Positions 1-11,200 of a stretch of DNA of 64,000 nucleotides are shown in pieces. The position numbers and the translations under genes are program-made. Each line of letters opens with the position of its first letter. The first letter of the stretch is position 1. The notes under the pieces were generated by a model, which was not told the DNA's origin, made no database searches, and was given only the letters and a program-made list of their open reading frames with translations. Source of the DNA: Pocillopora damicornis. Lineage: Eukaryota. The stretch spans positions 1 to 64,000 of the forward strand of contig NW_020844153.1 in assembly GCF_003704095.1 (NCBI RefSeq), given 5' to 3'.

Positions 1-1473
1 AATGAATTTTAATGAGTCCACAAATAAACAAATTTGACAAACCTGCGCTGCCTCGTCCCCAGAGAGCAAAGCCATCCATTTCCAGAAACTGTCGGTGATG
101 TTTGTCAATGGCTGAAAGATTGTCGAGACGAACAAGCGGATATTGTCCAACCTAACCACCATATTATCCCAGACTCGAACGAGATATGTCCCAGTTAGAT
201 GAAAAGGATGAGCAAACATCGACCAGTAAGAGTGACCGGACGGAAAGATACTTACATAGGTAAAAGTAAAAGCAAAAAAAATGACAGCAATAATTATCAC
301 CGTCATTTTTGCATCGCAACGTCCGCTCAAACGTAGAATGATCCTGCCGTGGTCGCTGCAAACGGCAAACACATAATCGAGGAGTCTTTTGACCTCTCTC
401 ACACCTCTGGAGACCTTGCCACAGATAACTCTCGTGCCATGTTTAATCCAAAGCATCACTATTATTGCTATGCCGCACAAAGAACACAGTTGCCAAAAAC
501 TTCTCCAGTCGATTCTCAAATTTAAGGCCCAGTCTGAGAAAGATGAAACGACAGTAACCACGCCACGTAACGTAGTGGAACTAAGGCAACATAGGATAGG
601 TTTAATCGGTTCCGGGAATAGGTTCCAGATGAAACAGAGAACCCACTCAAAAATAACCCACACCTTCACCAAAGTAATACTTGCACCACTCACAACAGCG
701 AAATATCCATAAAATACGCAGAAATAACATAGTAAGTGAAATACGAACTGTACTGTCAGAATAATCACGAAAATGGCGAAAATTTTTATCGCGGCAACCG
801 CGGCGCAATCAGCCGAAGAACATCCCCTCAAGCTATCCACCCTGTCATGAATCCTTTTTGTTTGGCTACGGATGATGGTAAATAAAAAAGCAAATAGCGT
901 CTTGGGCTGTTCAACCACATTGAAATCGTTGTCGCCGAGGAAGACCAACACAAAAATAACCCACATGTCCTCCAAAATCATATAAACGCTGCTCAATATT
1001 AGCGCAAAACAACCACATAACACGCAGAAATAACAAAGTAGTTGAAATACGCCCTGAACTATCAGGATGATCATGAACACTATGGCGACTGTTTTTATCG
1101 GTTCAAGCACCACGTAACCAACCGAAAAATGTCCCCTCAAGCGATCAATTCTATCGAAAATCATCCTTTTCTGGTTACAGATGATGGTACATAAGGAATC
1201 AAAGAGCTTCTTGAGCTGTTCAAGCACATCGGAAACCCTTTCGCCGAATGCGACCCACACGATAATAACCAACGCATTCACCAAAATCATATACACGCTA
1301 CTCACTATTAGCGCGAAATATCCACAAAACAAGCAGAAAAAACATAGTGTATGAAATACGCACTGAACTGTCAGGATGATCATGAACAATATGGCCAAAG
1401 TTTTTATCGTCACAACTGCGGTGTAATCAGCCGAGAGATTTCCGCTCAAACGATCCATTCTGTCGTAAATCAT
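1..1473 (-). CDS. Multi-transmembrane tandem-repeat protein, 5' part (>=491 aa, runs off window start); paralogue of the N-terminus of the TM-WWE-PARP gene at 3961-6986
   Basis: Manual scan found no stop codon in this minus frame from the ATG at 1473 to base 1, so the ORF track omits it. Translation begins MIYDRMDRLSGNLSADYTAVVTIKTLAILFMIILTVQCVFHTLCFFCLFCGYFALIVSSVYMILVNALVIIVWVAFG. It has three 309-bp (103-aa) hydrophobic repeats, then DWALNLRIDWRSFWQL and YLVRVWDNMVVRLDNIR, matching 5637-6699. Confidence 0.75.
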   Translation of the reverse strand, partial: MIYDRMDRLSGNLSADYTAVVTIKTLAILFMIILTVQCVFHTLCFFCLFCGYFALIVSSVYMILVNALVIIVWVAFGERVSDVLEQLKKLFDSLCTIICNQKRMIFDRIDRLRGHFSVGYVVLEPIKTVAIVFMIILIVQGVFQLLCYFCVLCGCFALILSSVYMILEDMWVIFVLVFLGDNDFNVVEQPKTLFAFLFTIIRSQTKRIHDRVDSLRGCSSADCAAVAAIKIFAIFVIILTVQFVFHLLCYFCVFYGYFAVVSGASITLVKVWVIFEWVLCFIWNLFPEPIKPILCCLSSTTLRGVVTVVSSFSDWALNLRIDWRSFWQLCSLCGIAIIVMLWIKHGTRVICGKVSRGVREVKRLLDYVFAVCSDHGRIILRLSGRCDAKMTVIIIAVIFFAFTFTYVSIFPSGHSYWSMFAHPFHLTGTYLVRVWDNMVVRLDNIRLFVSTIFQPLTNITDSFWKWMALLSGDEAAQVCQICLFVDSLKFI

Positions 1474-1503
1474 CTTCGTTTGGCTACGGTTGATGGTACA
1501 TAA
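640..1503 (-). repeat. Three in-frame 309-bp coding tandem repeats
   Basis: The anchor tgatggta recurs at 873, 1182 and 1491 (period 309); the translated units align (DRxDRL..IKT.AI.FMIILTVQ.VF..LCYFC..CGYFA). Confidence 0.85.
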
Positions 1504-1592
1504 AATCTCCTTTTCCGTTGCGAAAGGTCGTTAGTAGTATTGTAACATCTATGAAGCTCGCAATTCTACAGCTGGGAAGGGAGGTGTTTAAC

Positions 1593-1800
1593 ACGGAAGT
1601 GGTAATTTATTCATTTTTCATGAAAGTGAGGTTAACATTTTTGGTTTCGTTTCAATGACGTTTCCATGGTAATAGAGAAGAATAAGCACGGACGTGTGTT
1701 TGAACCCGAAGTTGGTCGATATTTTCCCTTGAGATTTTCACAGATCTCTCGCTTGTAACGTTGAAAATGAAAATGAATCGTACGGCAATCTGCGCAAAAA
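1593..1800 (-). promoter_or_regulatory. Putative promoter block with ETS-like (acggaagtg 1593-1601) and ISRE-like (ggtttcgtttca 1643-1654) motifs; homologous to 7085-7500
   Basis: Visible similarity to the region upstream of the paralogue (gaggttaa, gtttcgtttcaat, agaga, gcacggacgt.tgtttgaa, gcttg.a.cgttgaaa). Confidence 0.55.
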
Positions 1801-3263
1801 GCAGTTTATCAAGGATTAAGCCTTGCCAAACGTTTTCGTGTAGATTCATTGACAAATTTGTGAATATTAATTCATTACGCTGGCTTCCCGTTGTCTGAAT
1901 AAAATTCTTTTGTCTTCGGAACGATCTTGGAATTGAGAACACTGTCGTTTTCTCGGAATCCTAGTCCTCATTTCTCATTGAATGTTTGGTTTAAAAAGCG
2001 ACAAATGATTTCGAGAGAGTTTTCTATAATGAAGGCGCATTTTTTGAGCACTCTTTTATTTGAGGGCTTCATCTCAACAAAACCAAATTGGTAGAGCAAA
2101 ACTGACTGATAAATCATGCTCGTGGCAGCGTTGAAATTTGTGGACCTCAGTTCTAGTCGATAACCAGGGATGAATGACAATAAAAATTAACTCTGTGCTA
2201 TAACATATACTGAATGGAATTTGGATGTCTTTTTTGGTTCTGAAATTCGCCACTGAAGACACTCTACTCTCAACACGGTGGTATGGGTGCAGCGTAAAAA
2301 AAAGAAGCATATCTGCATAATTATGTTATTTTAATTTTATAATACGCTTTCCAACGCTATGTTACTCAGCCAACAGTTTCTGTGAAAATCATTTCACTAA
2401 ACAGACCAGCTGTCAGGTTGAAAATTGCAAAAACAAGCCATTTTCCTCAACCCAGTCATGTTAGGAGAACATTGTCGTTTTCTCGGAATTCTAGCTCTCA
2501 TTTCCGTAAAGTGTTCAGTTTCAAAACGGGACAGACGATTTCTTGGTCGAGTGAGTAAGTCAATATATCTTCAGGGACCTTGCCATGTTTGTCTTGGTAG
2601 TGTTTAGATATAGAAGATGACCGTTGTTTATGTGTGTCCACACCTGCTTATGCACTTCGATGTTCTAAAGAGATGCAAAAGAAAAATTTGATCACTTGGT
2701 GCACGAGATGTTATTCATCAGAGACTTAAAACCAACTCTGATCGTGCAATCCGACTTAATCCGTGTTAAATCCGGATCTTAATCTTAATCTTAATCCCGC
2801 ATTCTTTATCATGTAAATGTATGGCAGTTATTAATACTCGCAGAATTCATTATCTTAACGATAAAAGTTACCTTGACAATTGCGTCATGAAGACTCTGAA
2901 ACGTGGGTTCATCGCTATTTTTTACGTGTTTATTTTTATACTAAACAAATAACAACTTCTTACACATAAGATAATGAAATCCCTCTGGGAAATTAGTCCG
3001 CAGAACAACGAAAAAACAGCAGCTTTTTATCGTCGGTTGCAAAACAGTGTTGTATGACTGTAATAGTAATTCCATTTTTAGTCCTATCTTTGTTGCTTAA
3101 AAATAAAAATATTAGCTTTTATGGAGGACTGTTCTTACTATTGAGAATTCCAGAGCAGTCGGTGGAATGCCGTATCAGTTGCAGTTGTCATCAATCATGT
3201 GCTAGAAGCTAAAACTAATAAGCCTTTTCTCAGCCTCTAAAAGTGTGAAACTCTTTTACAGAC

Positions 3264-3264
<1 letters not shown>

Positions 3265-3317
<53 letters not shown>
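3265..3317 (+). repeat. (GATA)n microsatellite, probably the 3' tail of the adjacent LINE fragment
   Basis: About 13 perfect GATA units directly abutting the LINE 3' end. Confidence 0.95.
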
Positions 3318-3730
3318 TTTAATCATCAATACTTTGCAACCCGAAGGCTGAATTGCGTATTTACAAAACTAAGTACAGTAAATATAGAAGTATATAAAAA
3401 AGTATATAAAACACAAAGTATATTAAAAAAAGACTGAAAATCCACGTATATATATTATTAATACAGGATCTAATAATAAAATTATTTCTAAAGCGATAAG
3501 TCTTGCATTTAGGTACGATGAAGTGCTTGTTGCATCTCTGAACATAACGTGACGGTCCACTAAATGGGATCAAACTGTGCAGACGGTGTCGTGGGACCTT
3601 AATAATGGTGTCAAAGGTATAACTACATAGCCCTGTGATGAAATATACAATAGGGACAATATTCACCAGTTCGACAGCCTCCTGGTAGGGCAGTCCCGGG
3701 CATATTATAGACATTGCCTGCTTTTCAAAT
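3318..3730 (-). mobile_element. 5'-truncated non-LTR retrotransposon (CR1/L2-group) 3' fragment
   Basis: Minus frame reads KQAMSIICPGLPYQEAVELVNI...LCSYTF..I...RHRLHSLIP...RY.QR....VPKCKTYRFRNNF, typical of the post-RT C-terminus of CR1/L2-group ORF2, followed by a simple-repeat tail. Confidence 0.7.
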
Positions 3731-4550
3731 TTTAAAGTATTTACAAAACCACACCGTTTTTCCTTTCTCAACTTTTTTGAAAGTAGCCTACAGTTTCTTA
3801 TCTGATTATCAAATCCTTCTCGCAACCAGACAGTTTTATGGGTACATATGTACATCATAACCATAACAAGTTGCACGTGGTAAATGGTAGAAGCCACCCA
3901 CGCTTTCCTAAAAGAATAGATTTTCATGAAACAAAGATTTTTATGAACAATGAAAAAGTAAAGGATTAAACATGACTTTTGGGGGTCAATGTTTTTGCAA
4001 TCGAGTGTAGTCTCAGAAAAGTTTATCGAGCCCATCGTAAATTGAGTGGTTGAGAAGCAAGGTTTCGGATTGGAAGTTATTGCTCTCTGTGAATTGAATC
4101 TTTTCAGATGCAAACAAACAGTTCAATACTGGAAGATATATTCTGGGTAGAACTGATCAATGTCAAAGACAATAAACATAGTTGGCTTCAATGCGTCATC
4201 CACACAGGAGTCATAATAAAGGATACCAGCTCCATTCAAAGGTTGCTTGTGGGGTGGTCTTCGATAGTTGGGGTTTCCCTTTACATACGAACCCACGAGG
4301 ACTTTGGCCACGAACATAAATCGAGACCTATTGGCATCTTCTTTTGCTTAGTTGTGGCTGTAGGATACTTTCACCGCAAAGTAGCTTCCTTGACCATACA
4401 AAGTAACGGTCGCAGTGCCACTTAGCCGCCAATCAAAGTTCTCTTTACAGATAGCCTCTACGGAATCTGAACTGGTTCCATGGAAAAGGCTTTTCTCGTT
4501 GACCCTCTGTTGATCACCGTTTGCTAGTTGTGTCATGTAGTCTTTTTTCC

Positions 4551-4650
4551 NNNNNNNNNNNNNNNNNNNNNNNNNNNNNNNNNNNNNNNNNNNNNNNNNN
4601 NNNNNNNNNNNNNNNNNNNNNNNNNNNNNNNNNNNNNNNNNNNNNNNNNN
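4551..4650. other. Assembly gap (100 N)
   Basis: Run of n. Confidence 1.
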
Positions 4651-5639
4651 TCAATCATTATAATCTGTGAACAAGACATCTTACCTTTTAAAGACGGTCA
4701 TTTCTTCAGGTGATATAAGTCTTTCTGGTCTTCGTTTCACCTTTCTTTTGGTACCGTATTGCATGTTTACTTGGTGCATGCCTTTCTCTGAATGAAAGAC
4801 CAAGTAGTACTCATGAGCTTTGACTTTGAAATTGAACGTATAGTCTGTCTCATTTCGCTTCAGCCCTTTAACGAAAGCTTGCTCTATCAGTTCTTGTAGA
4901 TTTCTTCCCTTAAAAACAAAATGTGAGTCGATATTAATGCGGATCGACTAACACTGTCGAGTAAGATGTAGTTAGTTCTCTTAAGGAAATGACATCTCAT
5001 TTGTTGATTTTATAGAATTCTAGTGGGTGCCATAATGCGATATTTTTAATAGAGTTTTTCAAAGTGCTCAAACAGGCAGCCATCATGCAATACTACTCGA
5101 ATTTATCTTTAATCGGTTTTACAGGAATTATGATTTAAACTTCAGATACATTTGAGAGATATTTCATAAGGGAGAAATACCAAATACTTTGTATCTTTTA
5201 AGAAGAGTTTTGCGATTACGATAGCTTGTAAAATACGAAGTGAAATCAGAAAGTAACGTCTAGCGATGAGGAGGACGATGAAAGGAAACAATATAAAGCC
5301 TGACATATGAATGTTCTGGGCTCTCTAAGATTTCAAACACAGTCTAAAGATACACTATAAAAGAACAGTTTACCAAGTGGTCCTTCTCGTACATACACCA
5401 AACGCCGCCATTATCTTCCCAGTACCATTTCCAGTTGGTGGAGAGAGTGTGACTTGGGTTTGTGGAGCAAGGTGGAGTGGCAAAGCACCTTAATTTTCCA
5501 GAGCCATAGCCTGCGGCGCAAATTCCTGCCGTTGGTTTTATTGACAAGGTCATGCTGTTAACGTCGATTGAGACTTCACATTCCCATGGTGGCAGAGTCT
5601 TTCCATCCGGCACTACGAAGTATCATAAAGTTAAATTCA

Positions 5640-5975
5640 CAAAATAACAACCATATTCTCCCGGACGCTAACAAGAACGACTAAAAACAACTCAAGCAGG
5701 TAATACGAAACATTCAGGCCATATGAAGCGAGCAAAGCCAACCATTCCAAGAATCTGTGGGCGATACTGTTCAATGCCTCAAATAGTTTTGGGATGAACA
5801 TGCGGAGATTGTCCAAAATAACAATCATACTTTTCCAGACACTAAAAAGAACGACTGAGAACAATTCAAGCAGGTAACATAAAACAGTCAGGCCGTATGA
5901 AGCGAGCAAAGCCATCCATTCTAAGAAACTGTGGACGATACTGTTCAATGCCTCGAAGACCTTCGAGATAAACCA
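5640..5975 (-). repeat. Two in-frame 174-bp (58-aa) hydrophobic repeats
   Basis: caagcagg at 5693 and 5867; the unit FEALNSI.H.FLEW.ALLASYGL.V..YLLELF.VVL.SV is repeated. Confidence 0.85.
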
Positions 5976-7084
5976 GCAGACATTCTCCATTATAACACAG
6001 ATATTATCCGAGAGTTTAATACTGGTTAATGCCCCAAAGTTCATCGAGACGTATACGCGGAGATTGTCCATAGTAAGGACCATATTCTTCCAGACGCTAA
6101 CGAGATATGTCTCAGTTAAATGAAGAAGATGTGTAAACATCGACAAAACAGAGTGTCGTGAAGGAAAGACGCTCGCATTTGTAACAGTAAAAGTCAACAA
6201 AATGGCAACAATTAATATCGCCATCATTTTTGCGTTACAAAGTCCGCTCAAACGATCCATTTTTCGAATCATGATCCAAGTTTCGGTACTGCATACGGCA
6301 AAACTGGAATCGAAGTGTCTCTTGGCCTCTTTCACACCTATGTAGACATTACTACAGATAAATCTCGTGGCATGTTTGCCCCAAAGCATCACCATTTTCA
6401 TTATGCCGCACAAAAAAAAAAAGTTGCCTAAAACTTCTCCTGTCGATTCTTAAATTTAAGGCCCAATCTAAGAAAGATATAATTAGGTAACGCAGAAAAG
6501 TAAACACGCCATTTAAAGCGAAAACCATAATGGGCTTTAAGCAATATATGGCAACTGTTATCGACCCCACAAAGATTTTCGAGATGCAATGGAAGACATA
6601 CTTAGAGGTAACCCACACGTTCATCAAAATCATATCTGCGCCTTTCACTATTACCACAAACGCAAAACATATGAGGGAACTCAAATATCCACATAACAAC
6701 CAGAAATGAGATTGTAAATAAAAAATATCGTCTCGACTGCCACTATAATCATGAACAGTATGACAGCAATTTTTATCACCGCAACTGCTGCGTTACCAAC
6801 CGAAGAATGTTGGCTCAAGCGATTCATCTTAACGTAAATGTTCCTTGCTTCGATCCAGATGATGGTACATAACGAATCAAATAGCCTCTTGGCCTGTTCA
6901 ATTGCATTTGAAACCTTGCCACGCAAGGCATTCTGTTCAACACTTCCGCAGTGTCTTTTCGAGTTGTGGTTGTATATACCAGACATTTTATATCTAAGAA
7001 TTTCGCTCAATACCAACAGCAGGATCGCATATCTTCTAAATTTCGTTTTCCGTTTCGAACGTTCCTCGTAAGTTGTAAAAGCTA

Positions 7085-8235
7085 AGCTAAGCCGGAAGTG
7101 GCGATTGCGTGATCTTTGACGAGGTGAGGTTAAAAATTTCTGTTTCGTATCATTAAATTGTGTCAAAATTCAAAATTCGAAATTTCTAGTAGAATAATAC
7201 AGGCCGGAAGTGGCTATTGTGTGATTTTTCACAAGGGTGACTCGTTCTCCTGAAAAATCACGCAATTCAGTTTCGTTTCAATAAAATGTGCCAGTAGAGA
7301 GAAATAACGGCACGGACGTATGTTTGAAACAGGAAGTTTATTTATGTTTTCCTTCACGTTTTTCACTGTTCATTTGCTTGAGATCTTAAATGATATTTTC
7401 TCTTGAGTTCTTTGGATTTTTTCTGCTTGCAGCGTTGAAACAAGGAATATTGAAATGACTGGCTGAGCGCAATGTGCACCGAAAGCAGTTGTCATCGACT
7501 TTCGGTCTCTGTCAGCGGTAAAAAAAGCTATTTTCCTTTTGGAAGGATCATATGACTAGGATGTTTGATGGCTAGCGAAGAATGCTGTTCAAAATTTAAA
7601 CTGACCCTAAAAAAATGTTTTAACCAGATTTTTCTCGTTACTATTTGTGACCAGTCTTGCTCTGCTTCCTGTCATTCAAATGTACAGTGAGGAACAGAGA
7701 AGTGAGCTACAATTGCATTTTGAAATTAGATTCAGTGCGCGTCTTTCAAACACAATACTTGGCACGTGCGTATTAGACAAAACAAACTGTGAATGACAAT
7801 ATATGATAATGTCATCTGAATTCAATTGAGTCTGATTATTTCTAAAAATAGGGAATTACTCTGCGCTATCGATGGAAGAAAAAAGTGAAAATTATTTTTT
7901 GGGCGGCTTAGGGCCAGTCTTTTATTTTGAAACCAAAACTGTGTTGGAAATAGTAAAAAGAGTTATTTTGCGACGCAAGGACAGGAAAAAAGGTATAAAT
8001 TTAAAATAAGTTTTAGTTCCCTGGAGTAGATATTTCTTCCTTGTTATTTCATTATATATTTTTTCAGCCGTAAAACAATCGAAGTTATCTCCTTCCCTCC
8101 CGAATAAAACAAAAATACGATGAAAGAAAAAAAAGAAAGAAAGTTGTATCCCCACCCTAGTCCTGTTAGGAAAGTGTTGTCGTTTTCTCGGAATTCTCGC
8201 CCTCGATTCCATGAAGTTTTCGTTTCAATGCCAAT
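7085..8235. promoter_or_regulatory. Divergent promoter region between the TM-PARP pseudogene and PARP12-like gene A, with ETS-, ISRE/IRF- and GAS-like motifs
   Basis: ccggaagtg at 7092 and 7204 (local ~112-bp duplication); cagtttcgtttca 7268-7280; aaaagtgaaa 7881-7890; ttctcggaa 8185-8193; agttttcgtttca 8215-8227. Confidence 0.5.
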
Positions 8236-11200
8236 ATGGCGGATGATGTTTTGGTTGAGAAAGTTTTCAATTTTATTTGCGGTAGTGGCGGATTTGTGGA
8301 GTTACCTCTACTTTTGAAGGATTCATCGCCTTTGAAAAACATAAAATCTAACTTGGAAGCGAAGAACTGGCTGACAAATCATGGCCGTGGCCGCTTTGTT
8401 GAGGTGAAAGATATAAATGATGAAGTCATAGGTGTTCGCGTTGAGCTGAAAAAGAAAATTTGTCAACAATATCTTGCACGGGGTTCATGCAGGAGAGCGA
8501 AGGGTTCGTGTAAATTCTGGCACATTTGTAAAAGCTTTATCGAGGGAAAGTGCGAAGGAGACTGCCGTCGTTCGCACGATTTTCTCGACAACGACAACGA
8601 AGCGAAGACCAAAGACCTAAATATCGAGAAGCACCCGAATGGCACACAACGGAACATCATTGCCTGGAGTCTACCACAGGTTTGTCAGTTGTATTTGAGA
8701 GATGAATGTAAATCGGAAAAATGTCCATATCTTCATATTTGCCCGAATGTAGTGCGACAATTGCCATGCAGTTGTAGTTTATCGCATAATTTGACTGAAC
8801 TTAACAACAAGAAAATACTGAAGCAGTATGACCTTGTGCCACATCAGTCGATGAAAACTGCTTTTGTTTGTAGCAGTATTTTAATCATGAACGAGCAGAG
8901 GTATTTTGGCAAAGGTAAATTCACAAGTGATGATACAACCGTTAAAAAGGCCTCACTTAAAAATAACGCAAACGAAAACAGCTCACAGCTTGGGGCAAGC
9001 CAAGAGCCGAACTCGAGTGGAACAAAAGGTTTTCATGTGAGCTCAAAATGCAAAGAGTTTCTTAATGATGATATGGAGGCGAGTTCGAAGAAGAATGAAC
9101 CGAAACCCGGTCACTCGAAGGCAAAGAAAGAGCAAAAACAGAAGCGTATACCGAAATACGTCAACAATTTGGCGAGTTGTGCAGATGCTTCAGCAAGATC
9201 TCAGAAAAATCCCGGGTTTCTAAATATACACGAAGAGGAAGAAGAAGGCCACTCGAACTCATCTTCAGAAGACAACAAACCCTATTCTAAAAGTTTCCTC
9301 TCTGCTAATCAAGGTGAATCGATTCATCAGATTCCAGAGTCGAAAATAAGTCACGAAAAGACTGGTAACGAAGTCAAATTTCGTCATCCTAAACTCGTGT
9401 CAAATAAGAAACCTGAAGCGGATCCGTGTACCTCAAATGGCGCAGCCAAAGGTGGTGTTGTTGATGATGACCCGCCTGTTTTGCCCGTTGATGATATCGG
9501 AAACGATTTTGTGAAGAATTGGGTCCTGGGTGTTGATGATTTTTCCTCTGAGTCCAGTCAAAGCCTTGGAAACTCTCAAATTGAAGAAAAACCAGCGGAA
9601 CGCAAGCGAAAGTCATCCATATCAAGTTCATGCAGCTCTGTTCCGAATCCACAAAAGAATACACCCTCTAAGAAGGCTGTCTTTGACTGCATTCTGAAAG
9701 AATACAATGGTACTGTCTCCTTTCTTGATATCTCGAAAAGAAAAGACTTGTTTCCTGAAGGATGTGGAGATATTGCAGCGTGGTTTATAGCAAGGAAAGA
9801 AAGCTTTCTGCTTAGGGAAAGTAAAGACGGAACACTGAAAGTGGACGTTCTTTGTAAACGAGCAAAATTATGTTTTAACCAGGATCATTGCTCCAAAGTG
9901 GGTTGCCCTTATCTACACGTGTGCCGAGATTACATCGCTGGTTTTTGTAGATTTGGCGGTAGATGCCAAAGAAACCATAGTTTTGAATACGATGAAAGCA
10001 GAATGCACATTTCTAAACTTAAATTATCTGGGTTTAGCGAAGAACAGCTGCGTAAACTCGTTCAGCTGTCAATACCCCAAGTATGTCTGGACTATAATGA
10101 AGGACACTGTGTACTCGGAGAGAGTTGTTGGCAAATGCATATTTGCAAGGATATGATAAAGAAGAAGTGTTCAGATGGAGTCATTTGCAGTCTCAAGCAT
10201 GAAGAAGCATTGTTGACGGCTCAAGCAAACACTGTGCTAAGTAGATATGGCCTGAAAGTCTGGGATGACAACGTTCAACCGATTTTGCGAACCCTTCTCA
10301 TCTGCGAGAGGAAATCTTCAGTTGACTCTACACCCCTTTTAAAAGACACTGTTTTAACAGCAGCTAGTCTGACATCGTCGAGCAGTGCAGTGGGCAGCCG
10401 AAAAGAGAAAAACCCGAGTGGTGCCATTCCTTATTCACTTGCATCCGTTTCTGTAGCCAGAACACCCAGCACTGTTTCAACGCCAAGTGGTTCGAGGACG
10501 TCAGAGGGAGCAGCTGGCGGCACAAAAGTGAGCGATCAGAATAGTAGTCCAATTCCTTTTACAGGTGCCGTTGTGAACAACAGTGAAGCATCCGAACGAA
10601 AAGTCTTTGAGTGCTTGTGCAAAGAATACAACTGCTCAGTTTCGTTTTCAGTGATTTCTAAACGCACTGATTTGTTCACTACCGGATTCAAAGACGTGGA
10701 GTCTTGGTTTCGAAGAAGAAATGGGAGCTTTTTGATCTTAGAAAACCCGGATGGGGCAATTACAGAAGTAAGTGCCTTTTCCGCAAAGGTTCGACTCTGC
10801 TTCAGTTACAACGCCCCCTATGGAACTTGTACAAAAGACAACTGCTCATTCCTGCACGTCTGCAGAGATTATATCACTGACTCCTGCGCCAACGGAGCAA
10901 CATGCCCACGGAACCATCAATTCCGCAACGAGAAGGATAAGGCTTTGCTGTCTAAGATCAACCTCGACAAGTTCACAGACGAGCAACTTCGCCGGCTTGT
11001 GCTGTTTTCGTCACCACTGATTTGCGTAGAGTACAACGATGGTATTTGTGATCGTGGCGATGCTTGTCCTAGAATTCACATGTGTGGCAACCACTTGAAA
11101 AAGTGCTCCCGAGAAAGACATGGTTGTATCTTAGAGCATGAATCCGCCATGACCACTGACCACACCAAAGCAGTTCTCGAGCGTTATCGTATGGACTACT

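Larger units (their letters stand above)
3961..6986 (-). pseudogene. Disrupted gene: multi-TM repeat N-terminus + WWE + PARP (ART) catalytic domain (PARP11/12-like)
   Basis: ATG 6986 (MSGIY). The TM region is split by frameshifts near 6715-6725 and at the A11 run 6412-6422, and stops at 5637. WWE-type exons lie at 5612-5374 (LSTNWKWYWEDNGGVWCMY) and 4908-4685 (GRNLQELIEQAF..YGTKRKVKRRP). The PARP exon ~4550-4123 (LFHGT, NFDWR, YGQGSYFA, YDSCVD, QFYPEY) has an in-frame TAA at 4348-4350. One exon probably lies in the N gap. Confidence 0.75.

Noticed and set aside
389-712. 107-aa plus ORF (and 164-361 minus ORF)
   Set aside because: Antisense or alternative-frame shadows of the long open minus frame 1-1473.
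640-1503. Regularly spaced repeats as a CRISPR array or satellite
   Set aside because: The units are diverged 309-bp in-frame coding repeats in eukaryotic DNA, with no repeat-spacer structure or cas genes.
3361-4113. 250-aa minus ORF as a real gene
   Set aside because: Chimeric read-through of the PARP pseudogene tail, intergenic DNA and a LINE 3' fragment.
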